A stretch of 64,000 bases of DNA from Nitrospinales bacterium (GTDB lineage: Bacteria; Nitrospinota; Nitrospinia; Nitrospinales; VA-1): contig OZ253496.1 in NCBI GenBank assembly GCA_965262115.1, positions 1,088,001 to 1,152,000 of the forward strand. Direction: 5' to 3'. Numbering within the stretch: the first letter of the stretch is position 1; each line of letters begins with the position of its first letter. A program made the position numbers and the translations under genes. Of the stretch, positions 1 to 9,895 are shown in pieces. The notes beneath the pieces are model-generated. The model was not told the origin of the DNA, did not search any database, and was given only the letters and a program-made list of their open reading frames with translations.

Positions 1-327
1 GAAACTCAGCTCAGGATTAATCCTTGCGAAAATGGAATCCGGTTCTCAGCCGTCATCCAGCCCAGGTCATCCCAGAACGAAGTTTCGGGGATTCATAATA
101 ATTCCTTAAAAATTCGATTGACCTCACCACCGGTAGACGGAGCCGCCAACAAAACCTGCGTCAAGTTCCTGGCCAAGTGGCTGGGGGTGAATCCCTCCAG
201 GGTCTGTATCGTCGCGGGACTCAGCAGTAAAAACAAAACCATCGAAATTAACAGGATGGATGAATCTGATTTTCGAGAAAAACTGACCGCTAAAATTCCC
301 AACCTTTTTAAAGAAAATAATTCATGA
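1..327 (+). CDS. DUF167/UPF0235 (YggU-like) protein, 5'-truncated by the window edge
   Basis: Frame 1 is open from base 1: [10 protein letters not shown]...[15 protein letters not shown]...[11 protein letters not shown], the typical UPF0235 motifs. Confidence 0.85.
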   Translation, partial: ETQLRINPCENGIRFSAVIQPRSSQNEVSGIHNNSLKIRLTSPPVDGAANKTCVKFLAKWLGVNPSRVCIVAGLSSKNKTIEINRMDESDFREKLTAKIPNLFKENNS

Positions 328-1364
328 TCAAAACCATCGAGTATGTAGACGGAGTGGTGAGGATGATTGATCAGACTCGTCTTCCGGCCGAAAAAGTTTT
401 TGTTGACTGCAAAACTGTTGAAGAAGTTGGGCAGGCCATTAAATCCATGATTATCCGGGGAGCACCGGCCATCGGTGTCGCGGCGGCCATGGGGGTCAGC
501 CTCGGAGCCGATGCGATCACCGCCTCCAACTTCGATGAATTTTACAGCGCGATGGAAAAGCAATGCGACCACCTCGGAAAATCCCGGCCTACCGCTGTGA
601 ATCTCGCCTGGGCCATCAACCGGATGAAACAGCTTGCGAGGGATTCAAAAAACCTTCCTATCCCCGAACTGAAAGCCCGGTTGAAGGAAGAAGCACTCAC
701 CATCCTGACCGAAGATATCAGCATCAACAAGGCAATGGGACAACACGGGCAGACTCTGGTTGAAAACGACAATGTGGTATTGACCCACTGCAACGCCGGG
801 GCTTTGGCGACAGCAGGTTTCGGCACCGCGCTGGGAGTGATTCGCGCATCCATCAACGCGGGGAAAAATATCCGAGTATTGGCTAACGAGACACGGCCTT
901 TCCTGCAAGGGGCAAGGCTAACAGCGTGGGAACTCAAAGAAGATAATATTCCCGTCAAACTTATTACCGATAATATGTGCGGTTTCTTTATGAAAAACAA
1001 GGAAGTCGATCTGGTCGTTGTCGGGGCCGACCGTATTGCGGGAAATGGCGATGTCGCCAACAAAATAGGCACCTATATGGTTGCGGTGCTTGCCAAAGAA
1101 AACAATATTCCATTTTACGTCGCCGCGCCTGTCTCTACTCTGGACCTTTCCCTGGCGTCCGGCGATGAAATCCCCATAGAAGAACGCTCGGCGGAAGAAG
1201 TGGTGAACATCAACAGAAAAAGAATTGCACCCGAGGGCATCGAGGTGGCACATCCCGCGTTTGATATCACCCCCAATAAACTGGTCACCGCTATCATCAC
1301 CGAAGAGGGTATTGCCCGTCCTCCCTTCACCGAGTCGCTCAAGGCGATGGCGCAAAAGAAATGA
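324..1364 (+). CDS. mtnA: S-methyl-5-thioribose-1-phosphate isomerase
   Basis: [53 protein letters not shown] motifs. Confidence 0.96.
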   Translation: MIKTIEYVDGVVRMIDQTRLPAEKVFVDCKTVEEVGQAIKSMIIRGAPAIGVAAAMGVSLGADAITASNFDEFYSAMEKQCDHLGKSRPTAVNLAWAINRMKQLARDSKNLPIPELKARLKEEALTILTEDISINKAMGQHGQTLVENDNVVLTHCNAGALATAGFGTALGVIRASINAGKNIRVLANETRPFLQGARLTAWELKEDNIPVKLITDNMCGFFMKNKEVDLVVVGADRIAGNGDVANKIGTYMVAVLAKENNIPFYVAAPVSTLDLSLASGDEIPIEERSAEEVVNINRKRIAPEGIEVAHPAFDITPNKLVTAIITEEGIARPPFTESLKAMAQKK

Positions 1365-2350
1365 GAGCCATAATCCTGGCGGCAGGCTTCGGCACCCGCC
1401 TCAAGCCCCTCACACTGGGCCTTCCCAAACCTATGTTCCCTGTTTTAAACCGGCCCCTTCTGGAACACACACTGAACTTTTTAAGTTCCAATGGCATTCA
1501 AGACATCATTATCAATGTGCATCACCTGCCCGAGAAAATTGTCGAGCATTTCGGCAATGGTGCGGATTTCGGAGTGCGCCTGCAGTTTTCCAGAGAAGAA
1601 GAAATCCTTGGAACCGCCGGCGGACTCAAAAAGGCCCAGTCATTCCTTGAAAAAGAAACATTTTTGGTGATGAACAGCGACGTATTCGCAGATATCGATC
1701 TGGACACAGTCCTCAGTTTTCATAAAGAAAAAAACTCCTGCCTGACACTGGTGGTGAGGAAGGACGCCGAGCCGGAAAAATATGAGCCTATTGAGATGGC
1801 CGATGACGGGCGCATCACACGCTTTGTGAATGCGTCCATTAAAAATCCTCCTGCAACAACCCAAAGGGTCATGTTCACCGGAATACAGATCATGGAACCG
1901 GAAATATTTTCCCGCATACCTGCAGGCAAATTCTATGGTACGGCAGAAGACGTGTTCCCCGCGATGATCGAAGAGGGGCTACCGGTTTATGGAATATTGC
2001 ATAAGAAATACTGGATCGACATGGGGACGCGGGAAACCTATATTCAGGCCCAGGCCGATGCCTTGGAAGGAAAGTTAGCGTTAAAAACCTCGCCATCGAG
2101 AAACCCCGAAGGCCCTCTGGTGGTACCACCGGTTCATATCGGGGAAGACTGCGAAATCTCTAATAACGCACAGGTAGGCCCCTATGCAGTGCTGGGGGAT
2201 GGATGTCGTCTGCGATCAGGTACTGTCGTGGAAAATTCCATACTCTGGGCAGGGGCTACCATCGGTTCCGGCGCCACCGTTAAAAACTCCATTATTGGGA
2301 AGGGAGTCGCTGTAGAAAATGACGCGCAAGTGATAGATGCGTCCTTTTGA
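1361..2350 (+). CDS. NDP-sugar synthase / mannose-1-phosphate guanylyltransferase-like protein with C-terminal hexapeptide repeats
   Basis: [18 protein letters not shown]-terminal motif, left-handed beta-helix tail, ATGA overlap with mtnA. Confidence 0.85.
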   Translation: MRAIILAAGFGTRLKPLTLGLPKPMFPVLNRPLLEHTLNFLSSNGIQDIIINVHHLPEKIVEHFGNGADFGVRLQFSREEEILGTAGGLKKAQSFLEKETFLVMNSDVFADIDLDTVLSFHKEKNSCLTLVVRKDAEPEKYEPIEMADDGRITRFVNASIKNPPATTQRVMFTGIQIMEPEIFSRIPAGKFYGTAEDVFPAMIEEGLPVYGILHKKYWIDMGTRETYIQAQADALEGKLALKTSPSRNPEGPLVVPPVHIGEDCEISNNAQVGPYAVLGDGCRLRSGTVVENSILWAGATIGSGATVKNSIIGKGVAVENDAQVIDASF

Positions 2351-2391
2351 GGGGAAACATACTCCTAAAGTTTTAACTTCCCCCTGACAAG

Positions 2392-2519
2392 GAGAGCTTT
2401 GCATAAGTCGAAAAATCGAAGAACCGAGATGCTTCGACAAGCTCAGCATGACAATACTGGGCCATTTTGTCATTCTGAGGAGCAAGGTGACGAAGAATCT
2501 TGGGTTATGCAAAGGTCTC
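2392..2519. mobile_element. MITE copy 1 (128 bp)
   Basis: Terminal inverted repeats GAGAGCTTTGCATAA...TTATGCAAAGGTCTC; flanks CCTGACAAG / CCTGAGAAG (9 bp, 1 mismatch); internal REP-like palindromes. Confidence 0.85.
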
Positions 2520-2623
2520 CCTGAGAAGGGGGATTGAGGGGGTTTGCTTTTAGGGACTTGCGGGGTGTGGTTATCACTAAGTTGACACGGATGAAACTTT
2601 CATCCATGCCAACTCACACTTGT

Positions 2624-3301
2624 CTACAAAAGTTTGTGGTTACTCAGCGTCATGGTAGAAACTGAAATCGCGCCTTCTTCGCAGTTGATGATACGGCGCT
2701 GTTTAGGAAGATCCGCTTCCCCCACTCTTGTATATTCATCCGTGTAACTTTCCACATCTTTCAAGCCTTTGGTTTCCGGATTGAAATAGAACACGGAGTA
2801 TTTATGGGTCAGGTATTTGCCATCCTGGTTTTTCCGGCTCTCTTCAATATTGATGGAAAAAGAAAAGCGCGGTGTCTGCCGGTTGATCTGCTGGATTCTG
2901 CCGTCCTTGATGCGGTAGAACGAACTCATGCCGTCTCCGCCCATGACGAGTTTTCTTCCCAACGGGTGCGTGCCATCATCTCCAAAGCTAAGCTTGTATT
3001 TGCCATCTGACTCATCAAAAGAACGCGGACCCCGGTGCATGGCAATCGAAGCCAGATTTTCCGTGAGAAAGCCCTTGGCTTTTTCTTCGCTGATATCGGT
3101 TTCGATTTCTTTGGGACCTTTAACCGTCACCGTGCCCTTTTGTTCATCACCATTTATATTTGCCGTCACATCTGCGGTGAAGCCACCGAACCTGGTCGGC
3201 CATCGGGCGGTGTTGGAAAATACTTCCTGCATCGCTTTGCGTGCCTCGGCATCATCTTCCAATGCAGTTTCGACATCTTTTTCCTTCGTGTAGGTTGCCA
3301 T
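2624..3301 (-). CDS. DUF3386-like protein
   Basis: W..FGGFTADV, HRGPRSF, I.QINR pattern; start placed at MATYTK after an AAGGAG RBS. Confidence 0.7.
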   Translation of the reverse strand: MATYTKEKDVETALEDDAEARKAMQEVFSNTARWPTRFGGFTADVTANINGDEQKGTVTVKGPKEIETDISEEKAKGFLTENLASIAMHRGPRSFDESDGKYKLSFGDDGTHPLGRKLVMGGDGMSSFYRIKDGRIQQINRQTPRFSFSINIEESRKNQDGKYLTHKYSVFYFNPETKGLKDVESYTDEYTRVGEADLPKQRRIINCEEGAISVSTMTLSNHKLL

Positions 3302-3395
3302 GCAAAATCTCCTTAAAAACGAAAAGAGCCTGTCCAAACTTCGGAGCAAACTTATGAGTCATAAAAAAATTGTATGAGAATCAGACGATTATACC

Positions 3396-3794
3396 TTATT
3401 TTACCGCTACGCTGATATCAGGAATGCCTTTTTTTTGTAACAGGCCCATGACCTGAATCACATCACCATAAGGAAGGGATTTATCAGCTCGGATGGTGGC
3501 GCTTGGCTTTTTGTCCTTGAATTGCATTTTTGCAAGGGTTGTTTCCAGCCCCAGAAGGGTTACCGGTTTGCCCCCGAGAAAGATTTTTTTGTCTTTCAAC
3601 ATCTCAACCTCCAGGGTTTTAGTGCTTTCATCAAGGACGGAGGACTTGGAAGTCGGTAAATTAATATCCATCTTTCGGCTGAAGTCCACAAACACTGTGG
3701 ACACCATAAAGAAAATAATAAGCAGGAACACCACATCAATCATGGGGGTCATATCCAACGCGAAATTATCTTCTTCTTCTTTTCTGAACTGCAT
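3396..3794 (-). CDS. exbD: Biopolymer transporter ExbD/TolR
   Basis: DMTPMIDVVFLLIIFFMV and IRADKSLPYG motifs. Confidence 0.9.
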   Translation of the reverse strand: MQFRKEEEDNFALDMTPMIDVVFLLIIFFMVSTVFVDFSRKMDINLPTSKSSVLDESTKTLEVEMLKDKKIFLGGKPVTLLGLETTLAKMQFKDKKPSATIRADKSLPYGDVIQVMGLLQKKGIPDISVAVK

Positions 3795-3835
3795 GTGGTG
3801 AATCCCTTTAAACAAAAAGACCAATGCCTGAACGG

Positions 3836-4603
3836 TCAGCCAACGCTTGAGGTCTTTTCAGGTTTTTCCCTGGACGGTCCTGAGGTCGCAGGTTTGGCCT
3901 TTCGAATGCCATCGTAGGAAAGCTCTTCAATGAGTTGGAAGGAAATTTCTTCCATCTCGAAAACATAGCGGTCAATTTTTCCTCGGAAATAGTGATAAAA
4001 GGCCAAAGCCGGGATACCGACCACCATTCCCGCTGCGGTTGTGATCAACGCTTCGGATATGCCACTGGCCACAAGGCCGGGATTTCCGGTACCGCTGAGA
4101 GAAATCACATTGAAGGCCTTGATCATTCCGAATACAGTTCCCAAAAGGCCCATCATCGGAGTGATGTTCGCTACCGCGCCCAGCACCCGGAGATTCGAAT
4201 TCATCAGAGACGCCTCATGCTGGCCAGCGCCTTCAATCGCCCGTTCAATTTCATCAAGCTTGCCTCCCACCCGTAACACCCCCACCTTCAAAATCCGTGA
4301 AAGCGAATTGTCATAAGAGTTGCACAACTGCAGAGTTTTTTGTATGTCCTTCCAGTCCCACTGGTTCCGAACATTTTGAAGAAAGTTAGAGTTGATGATA
4401 TTTTTTCTTCTCAGGTTATAAGCACGCTCGATGGCAATCCCCAGCATGAGTACCGAGGCAAAAAGGATGGGATACATCATGAACCCGCCTTTTTCGAAGA
4501 TGGAAAGCAATTGCCACGAATCGGCGGAGGCCTGGTCTGCGGCAAAAACGAGCCCAGGAAACCCAAACAGGTTTAACAGTGCAATTTTAAAAATTCGTTT
4601 CAT
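3836..4603 (-). CDS. exbB: MotA/TolQ/ExbB proton channel protein
   Basis: PMMGLLGTVFGMIKAF and GISEALITTAAG motifs; adjacent to exbD. Confidence 0.88.
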   Translation of the reverse strand: MKRIFKIALLNLFGFPGLVFAADQASADSWQLLSIFEKGGFMMYPILFASVLMLGIAIERAYNLRRKNIINSNFLQNVRNQWDWKDIQKTLQLCNSYDNSLSRILKVGVLRVGGKLDEIERAIEGAGQHEASLMNSNLRVLGAVANITPMMGLLGTVFGMIKAFNVISLSGTGNPGLVASGISEALITTAAGMVVGIPALAFYHYFRGKIDRYVFEMEEISFQLIEELSYDGIRKAKPATSGPSREKPEKTSSVG

Positions 4604-4782
4604 AATGATGGCAATTTTTTGAAGAACTTCCCCATCCAAAAAATAAGAATATCGTCGAAGTTATAGCATGAAGTTTTCTCGATAAGCAAGGAGATTTAAA
4701 GTCCCGAAAAATGATTAAGCTCTTTAAATATAAGGTTTTTTAGTATATATTCGGGAACAACCTGCAACCATTAAACACCGTA

Positions 4783-5547
4783 ATGTCACCATTTAACCTG
4801 TCCTCAAAATTAGTTTCTTATTTCACTTTGGTTTCCGTGTTGGCGCTTTTTTGGGGCTGCGCCACCACAAAAAAGGAAAAGAACTATTCCGCAGGCCAAT
4901 TATTGCAACAAAGCAAGCGACTTGCCAAAAAGAAGGAAACCGAAGAGGCCAAAGCCAAAGTCCAGCAGTTGCTGGAAGATTATCCGGACAGCAAAGAGCG
5001 AGTAGCAGCCACCATGTTGCTCGCAGACATTCATTTCAATGCGAAAGAATATGAAGAGGCAAAATTTCACTACCAGAAGTTTACCGAACTCTATCCTGCC
5101 CACCAGTTTGTCGACCGAGCACATTATTATAAAACCATGTCCAATTTCAAGCTGATCGATTTGGCTTCCCGGGACTTAACGCCGGTTAATTCGGCACTGG
5201 AAGGCTTTCGGCGCTTTGCACAAGATTTCCCCCAAAGCTCTTACGCAAAAAAGGCAAAAATAAAAATCACCCAGTGTCTGGATGTCCTGGCGCAAAACAT
5301 GTTTGAGATCGGCAAGTTTTATTACCGCACCGGCTCCTATCAGTCGGCAATCCAAAGGCTCAAGCGCTTGAAGGTGGAATATCCCCAAAATTCCTATATT
5401 CTTGAAGCAGAGTTTTTGTTAGGCGAATCCTATTATAAGGAACAAAATTTTTCTGAAGCCCGCACTTATTATAAAAACGTTATTAAGAAATCTCCTCGAA
5501 GCGAGTTCGCGAAAGAGGCACGACTTCGCTTGAGAGCCCTGCGCTAA
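4783..5547 (+). CDS. bamD: Outer membrane protein assembly factor BamD (TPR lipoprotein)
   Basis: Lipobox LFWGC, TPR repeats, F.ELYP.H, SRD.T, EIGKFYYRTG.Y.SAI.R. Confidence 0.85.
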   Translation: MSPFNLSSKLVSYFTLVSVLALFWGCATTKKEKNYSAGQLLQQSKRLAKKKETEEAKAKVQQLLEDYPDSKERVAATMLLADIHFNAKEYEEAKFHYQKFTELYPAHQFVDRAHYYKTMSNFKLIDLASRDLTPVNSALEGFRRFAQDFPQSSYAKKAKIKITQCLDVLAQNMFEIGKFYYRTGSYQSAIQRLKRLKVEYPQNSYILEAEFLLGESYYKEQNFSEARTYYKNVIKKSPRSEFAKEARLRLRALR

Positions 5548-5559
5548 ACTCAAAAAACT

Positions 5560-6450
5560 ATGCCAAAGACCACCACACGCAAACCGGCAAAAACAAAGCG
5601 CGCTTCCACGGAGACGAACAAGGGGACCAACCATGACCCGCTCACCCAGTACATGGAAGAGATCAGCAAGATCAGGATTCTTACTCGGGAAGAAGAAATC
5701 AAACTGGCAAAATCCATTAAAGCCGGAGACCCTAAAGCCATTCAGGAAATGGTACGTCGAAATTTAAAATATGTAGTGACCGTGGCCAATAAATACCGGG
5801 GGCTGGGCATTTCACTCCAGGACTTGATTGAAGAAGGAAATATTGGATTGATCCAGGCCGCCAAACGTTTTGACGTTTCCAGGAATGTCAAGTTCATCAC
5901 CTATGCGGTATGGTGGATCAAGCAGGCTATCATGCACTCCCTCGCCGAACAGTCCGGCACGGTCAAGCTTCCCGTCAAGCAGGCCGGGAAAGTCCTCAAA
6001 ATCAACAAAAGAAGTCAGCAAATGGTGCAGGATCTGGAGCGCGAACCGACCCAGTCTGAACTGGCAAAGAGCCTGGGGTATGGGGATGAGGAAATCAACT
6101 CCATCATGCGCGCCTACCGGACCCACCTTTCTCTCGATTCTCCTTTAAAAGATAGTGAAGACACGCCCTATCTAGATCTTCTGGAAAACAAGGACCTCAT
6201 CCCCTACGATGACCAACTCATGCAGGCATCGCTCAGCGAAAAGGTAGACCAATTACTGGAAGACCTCTCGGAAAGAGAAGCCAGAATTCTCAAAATGCGT
6301 TTCGGTTTTTTGGACGAAGTAAAAACATTGGAGGAAATCGGAAAAGATATCGGCCTTTCCCGCGAGCGGGTGCGACAAATCGAAAAAAGGGCCAAATTAA
6401 AATTGAAGTCCAAACTGCAAAACGAATCCTGGGTCGACGAAGAAGAATGA
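5560..6450 (+). CDS. RNA polymerase sigma-70 factor, RpoD/RpoS-like, lacking region 1.1
   Basis: DLIEEGNIGLI.A..RFD, KFITYAVWWIKQ, TLEEIG...GLSRERVRQIE. Confidence 0.92.
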   Translation: MPKTTTRKPAKTKRASTETNKGTNHDPLTQYMEEISKIRILTREEEIKLAKSIKAGDPKAIQEMVRRNLKYVVTVANKYRGLGISLQDLIEEGNIGLIQAAKRFDVSRNVKFITYAVWWIKQAIMHSLAEQSGTVKLPVKQAGKVLKINKRSQQMVQDLEREPTQSELAKSLGYGDEEINSIMRAYRTHLSLDSPLKDSEDTPYLDLLENKDLIPYDDQLMQASLSEKVDQLLEDLSEREARILKMRFGFLDEVKTLEEIGKDIGLSRERVRQIEKRAKLKLKSKLQNESWVDEEE

Positions 6451-6459
6451 CCCTTTATT

Positions 6460-7050
6460 ATGCTGACTGAAATTTTACCTCTTTGTCTGGTCTCGTATTT
6501 GATCGGATCCATTCCTTTCGGCGTCGTGCTGGCACGAGCCAGGAACATGGACATCCGTGAACACGGCAGCGGCAATATCGGCGCCACCAATGTGGCCCGG
6601 GTAATGGGTAAAAAAGCCGGACTGCTGGCCCTGCTGGGAGATGTACTGAAAGGGCTCCTCGTTGTTTTTGGCGCCGGATCGCTGTACGAAAAACCAATGC
6701 TGATCGCCCTCGCCGGACTCATGGTTTTTCTCGGCCACCTCTACTCCATTTTCCTGAAGTTCAAGGGCGGCAAAGGAGTCGCCACCAGCCTAGGCCTGTT
6801 TTCATATATCATGCCTTGGGCGACCCTGTGCGCGGTCGGGGTGTTTTCCGTCTGCCTGTGGGTTTCAGGCTATGTTTCCATAGGGTCAATCATGGCGGCG
6901 ATTTCCCTGCCCCTGTTTGCCATTTTTTTTAAGCTGCCACTTCCCTATATTTATCTTGCAGTCATTGTCGGCTTGTTCACCGTGCAAAGGCATTATGGCA
7001 ACATTCTTCGCCTCATCGAGGGAACCGAATCGAAGTTTATTAGAAAATAG
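6460..7050 (+). CDS. plsY: Glycerol-3-phosphate acyltransferase
   Basis: YLIGSIPFG, GSGNIGATNV.R, FKGGKGVAT, H..NI.RL..GTE. Confidence 0.96.
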   Translation: MLTEILPLCLVSYLIGSIPFGVVLARARNMDIREHGSGNIGATNVARVMGKKAGLLALLGDVLKGLLVVFGAGSLYEKPMLIALAGLMVFLGHLYSIFLKFKGGKGVATSLGLFSYIMPWATLCAVGVFSVCLWVSGYVSIGSIMAAISLPLFAIFFKLPLPYIYLAVIVGLFTVQRHYGNILRLIEGTESKFIRK

Positions 7051-7053
7051 AAT

Positions 7054-7081
7054 TTGACAATCACGTTTGAGGAAATATAAT
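7054..7081 (+). promoter_or_regulatory. sigma-70 promoter of the tRNA pair
   Basis: TTGACA-16 nt-TATAAT, 35 nt upstream of tRNA-Gly. Confidence 0.75.
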
Positions 7082-7116
7082 TGGCTTTCGGGTGTTCCAT
7101 CCAAGACAAATAAAAT

Positions 7117-7191
<75 letters not shown>

Positions 7192-7216
7192 TTTTTCCAT
7201 CGTTATAACCAAGCAG

Positions 7217-7290
7217 GGCGCCGTCGCCAAGTGGTAAGGCAGAGGTCTGCAAAATCTCTATCGGCGGTTCGAGTCCGCCCGGCGCCTCCA
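7217..7290 (+). tRNA. tRNA-Cys(GCA)
   Basis: GGCGCCG/CGGCGCC acceptor stem, GCA anticodon, U73 and CCA. Confidence 0.97.
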
Positions 7291-7570
7291 TTTTCTCCCT
7301 CCCCCCTCTTTAGAATCTTTAAAAAAAAATCAGCTCCTCAGAAGCTCTGACCTACTAAGCCCCTCTTTTTCTCTCCCGATTTTCGAAAAAGCTTCCACTA
7401 CTTTCTAATCAGATTCTAATTTTTTGCAAAATCAGGGCTAAAGCTCTTTAGAACTATTGCCGAAACTTACTAAAACAAGTCTTTTGTGACCTCGCATTTA
7501 GCGAAAGGAAGGTTGTTCATGGTAAGCAAGTTTGGCCTAAGCATAAAGTCAAAATCGGTGTACAAGCCTA

Positions 7571-8053
7571 TTGAACGCTGGCAGGAAGATTTTTCGTTTG
7601 AAATCCAGGGAAATTCCTGCCGATCCCAATGTGGACCGCAGGGACTTTTACCGACTTCTAGCAGATAATCAGGAGCCTCTAGACCTTTGTCTTACCTTGC
7701 AGGATGAGCGGGTGTTCTGTACAAGCATTACCGACTTAAGCGCCAGCGGCTTTGGTTGCAATATCAAAGGGCTCGCCCGGATTCACGCCGGGCAACCTAT
7801 TACGTCCGTATTTGTCCTGCCTCTGGAAGAACCTCGCATCATCAAATCGGAAGTTTTTCTGGTCTCTGTGCAAAAAGGGAATGATGAAGGTGACATTTTC
7901 CGGTTTCGCTTCTTTGAAGGAATGAAAGACGAGGACCGCGACCTGATTCACCGGTATATCGTGCTAAAACAGTTTAAGACTCTGGAAAAAATGAACCAGG
8001 CAAACTCATGGCAATATGACGAGGATTACCCGGAAGCCTCAACCGGGGATTAA
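7571..8053 (+). CDS. PilZ-domain (c-di-GMP-binding) protein
   Basis: RRDFYR (RxxxR) and DLSASG (DxSxxG) motifs. Confidence 0.8.
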   Translation: MNAGRKIFRLKSREIPADPNVDRRDFYRLLADNQEPLDLCLTLQDERVFCTSITDLSASGFGCNIKGLARIHAGQPITSVFVLPLEEPRIIKSEVFLVSVQKGNDEGDIFRFRFFEGMKDEDRDLIHRYIVLKQFKTLEKMNQANSWQYDEDYPEASTGD

Positions 8054-8989
8054 TGCCTCCACAAAATTTTCCGCAATAAATTCCTGCAAATCTTCCGGCT
8101 TCTCGCCCACTCCTACAAATCGAACCGGAAGTTTCAAATCGCCCGTTATATTGAACAACACCCCACCCTTTGCCGTTCCATCCAACTTGGTCATCACCAA
8201 CCCATCCACTTCCAGCGCTTTATTAAATAATCGCGCCTGAGAGATGCTGTTTTGCCCGATGGTCGCGTCCAGAACCAGCAAGGTTTCATGAGGGGCTCCC
8301 GGCAAGACTTTTCCAATCACCCGTTTTACTTTTTTCAATTCTTCCATCAGGTTGGTATTGGTTTGCAACCGCCCTGCCGTGTCAATGATAACCAGATCCA
8401 TCTCACGTACCACTCCGGCCTGAACCGCATCGTAAGCGACGGCAGAAGGATCCGCGCCGCTCTTCTGGCTGATGCAGGGGATGTCTGATCTCTCCGCCCA
8501 AACCTGCAACTGGTCAATAGCAGCAGCCCTGAATGTGTCTCCGGCCGCCAGCAAAACTTTTTTGCCCTGCTGCTTCCAATGCCGGGCCAGCTTTCCGATG
8601 GTGGTGGTTTTGCCCGAACCATTCACCCCCACAACCAGTATCACAAAGGGCTGGTGTTCTGAAAACGACATGGGCTTCTGGTTTTGCGATAGGACATGGA
8701 CCATGCGTTGTTTTAATTGTTCCAGCACTTCCTTGTTTTCACGAATCCGGTTCTGGGAAACTTCGCGTTTTAAGTCCTCCAGAATGAAGGAGGTGATCTG
8801 CATGCCCACATCGGCGATGAGGAGAGTTTCTTCAAGTTCTTCCAGTAGTTCCGGTCCAACTTTCGCCCTGCCGTGAACAATATTGTCAAAGCCCCCTGCC
8901 AGATTCGAGCGGGTCTTTGACAGCCCGGATTTCAGTCGGGCAAAAAACCCTGATTCAGGGTCATTTTCTGCCGCTGATTCGTCAGCCAT
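8039..8989 (-). CDS. ftsY: Signal recognition particle receptor
   Basis: GVNGSGKTTTIGK, DTFRAAA, DTAGR, TKLDGTAKGG; start MADES follows GGAG. Confidence 0.96.
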   Translation of the reverse strand: MADESAAENDPESGFFARLKSGLSKTRSNLAGGFDNIVHGRAKVGPELLEELEETLLIADVGMQITSFILEDLKREVSQNRIRENKEVLEQLKQRMVHVLSQNQKPMSFSEHQPFVILVVGVNGSGKTTTIGKLARHWKQQGKKVLLAAGDTFRAAAIDQLQVWAERSDIPCISQKSGADPSAVAYDAVQAGVVREMDLVIIDTAGRLQTNTNLMEELKKVKRVIGKVLPGAPHETLLVLDATIGQNSISQARLFNKALEVDGLVMTKLDGTAKGGVLFNITGDLKLPVRFVGVGEKPEDLQEFIAENFVEALIPG

Positions 8990-9016
8990 TCCATTCTCCA
9001 TTGTCTTCATACCCCT

Positions 9017-9056
9017 GTTATGCCCTCTTCATTAGCTTTTATGCCTCGAAGGGGTA
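9017..9056 (-). repeat. 40-nt element copy
   Basis: Reverse complement TACCCCTTCGAGGCATAAAAGCTAATGAAGAGGGCATAAC; sits in the loop of ATACCCCT/AGGGGTAT. Confidence 0.7.
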
Positions 9057-9434
9057 GGAGGGGTATTAGTGGGTGGGTATCTTCACAAGTCCACCAACTC
9101 TTGTCAAGACGAATCCCAAAAGGCAAAAAACATTGCCCCGCTTCTCCCGGACCCCTATAACCCCCAACAAATCAACCCGTCAGAATTCCACCAAAACCTT
9201 TATTATTAAGGTTTTAATTGATTTTCAGCCGTTATGAGCATTAGACTCTTTTCGTCAGGAGCACCCTTTTCCGGTGCCGGTAAAAAAGCGGAGAGTCTCC
9301 ATAAACACCATTGAGCCTGTAACAAAAATATTGTACGCCCAGTAGAGGAAATCTATGAAAGCAGCCGTTTGTAATGTTGTCATCCTCAAGGAGCCGAAGG
9401 ATCTCAAAGTCCCTCATCAATCAAAAGGCTAGAT

Positions 9435-9472
9435 TACTCGTTCCGGGCACGAAAGCTTAAGTGAAACATCAT
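9435..9472 (+). repeat. 40-nt element copy within a degenerate GTCAT...ATGAC REP pair
   Basis: TACTCGTTCCGGGCACGAAAGCTTAAGTGAAACATCAT. Confidence 0.65.
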
Positions 9473-9549
9473 GTCTTCACTTTGTTCAGAATGACGTCCG
9501 AAAATAGTTTTTCAGTACCCTGCTGGTACTCAGAAATGTCAAAAACTGG

Positions 9550-9873
9550 ATGATCCGTCTGACCCTTGAGAATTTGGATGGGAAGGCACGGGTCGATCTA
9601 CCGGGACAGGATGTTTCCGCCAAAGATATGGAGGATATGGACCGACTGAATCAAACCTATTCTTACGGTACGGGATTCTTTTCAGCCGAATCAATTGCCA
9701 CCGACTTGATAGAAAAACTCAGGGGCGAACACTACGATCTGGTCCCGGTTACCACCAACCACCCGCAAGGTTACCAGAATGTTCTGGAAGTTGCGCAAAT
9801 GATTCTGCCCGAAGAAATTTTATATATCTATCCCGAAGGCCACCTGCAACCTGTCTCGCCTGTAGCAATTTAA
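9550..9873 (+). CDS. Hypothetical protein
   Basis: 107-aa ORF with protein-like composition filling an intergenic gap. Confidence 0.6.
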   Translation: MIRLTLENLDGKARVDLPGQDVSAKDMEDMDRLNQTYSYGTGFFSAESIATDLIEKLRGEHYDLVPVTTNHPQGYQNVLEVAQMILPEEILYIYPEGHLQPVSPVAI

Positions 9874-9895
9874 CACCTGGAAAAAATACTACGTA

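Noticed and set aside
2216..2512. Short ORFs sharing MHNPRFFV / CHAELV text (also 19082-19441 and 52215-52602)
   Set aside because: They are translations of MITE sequence, not genes
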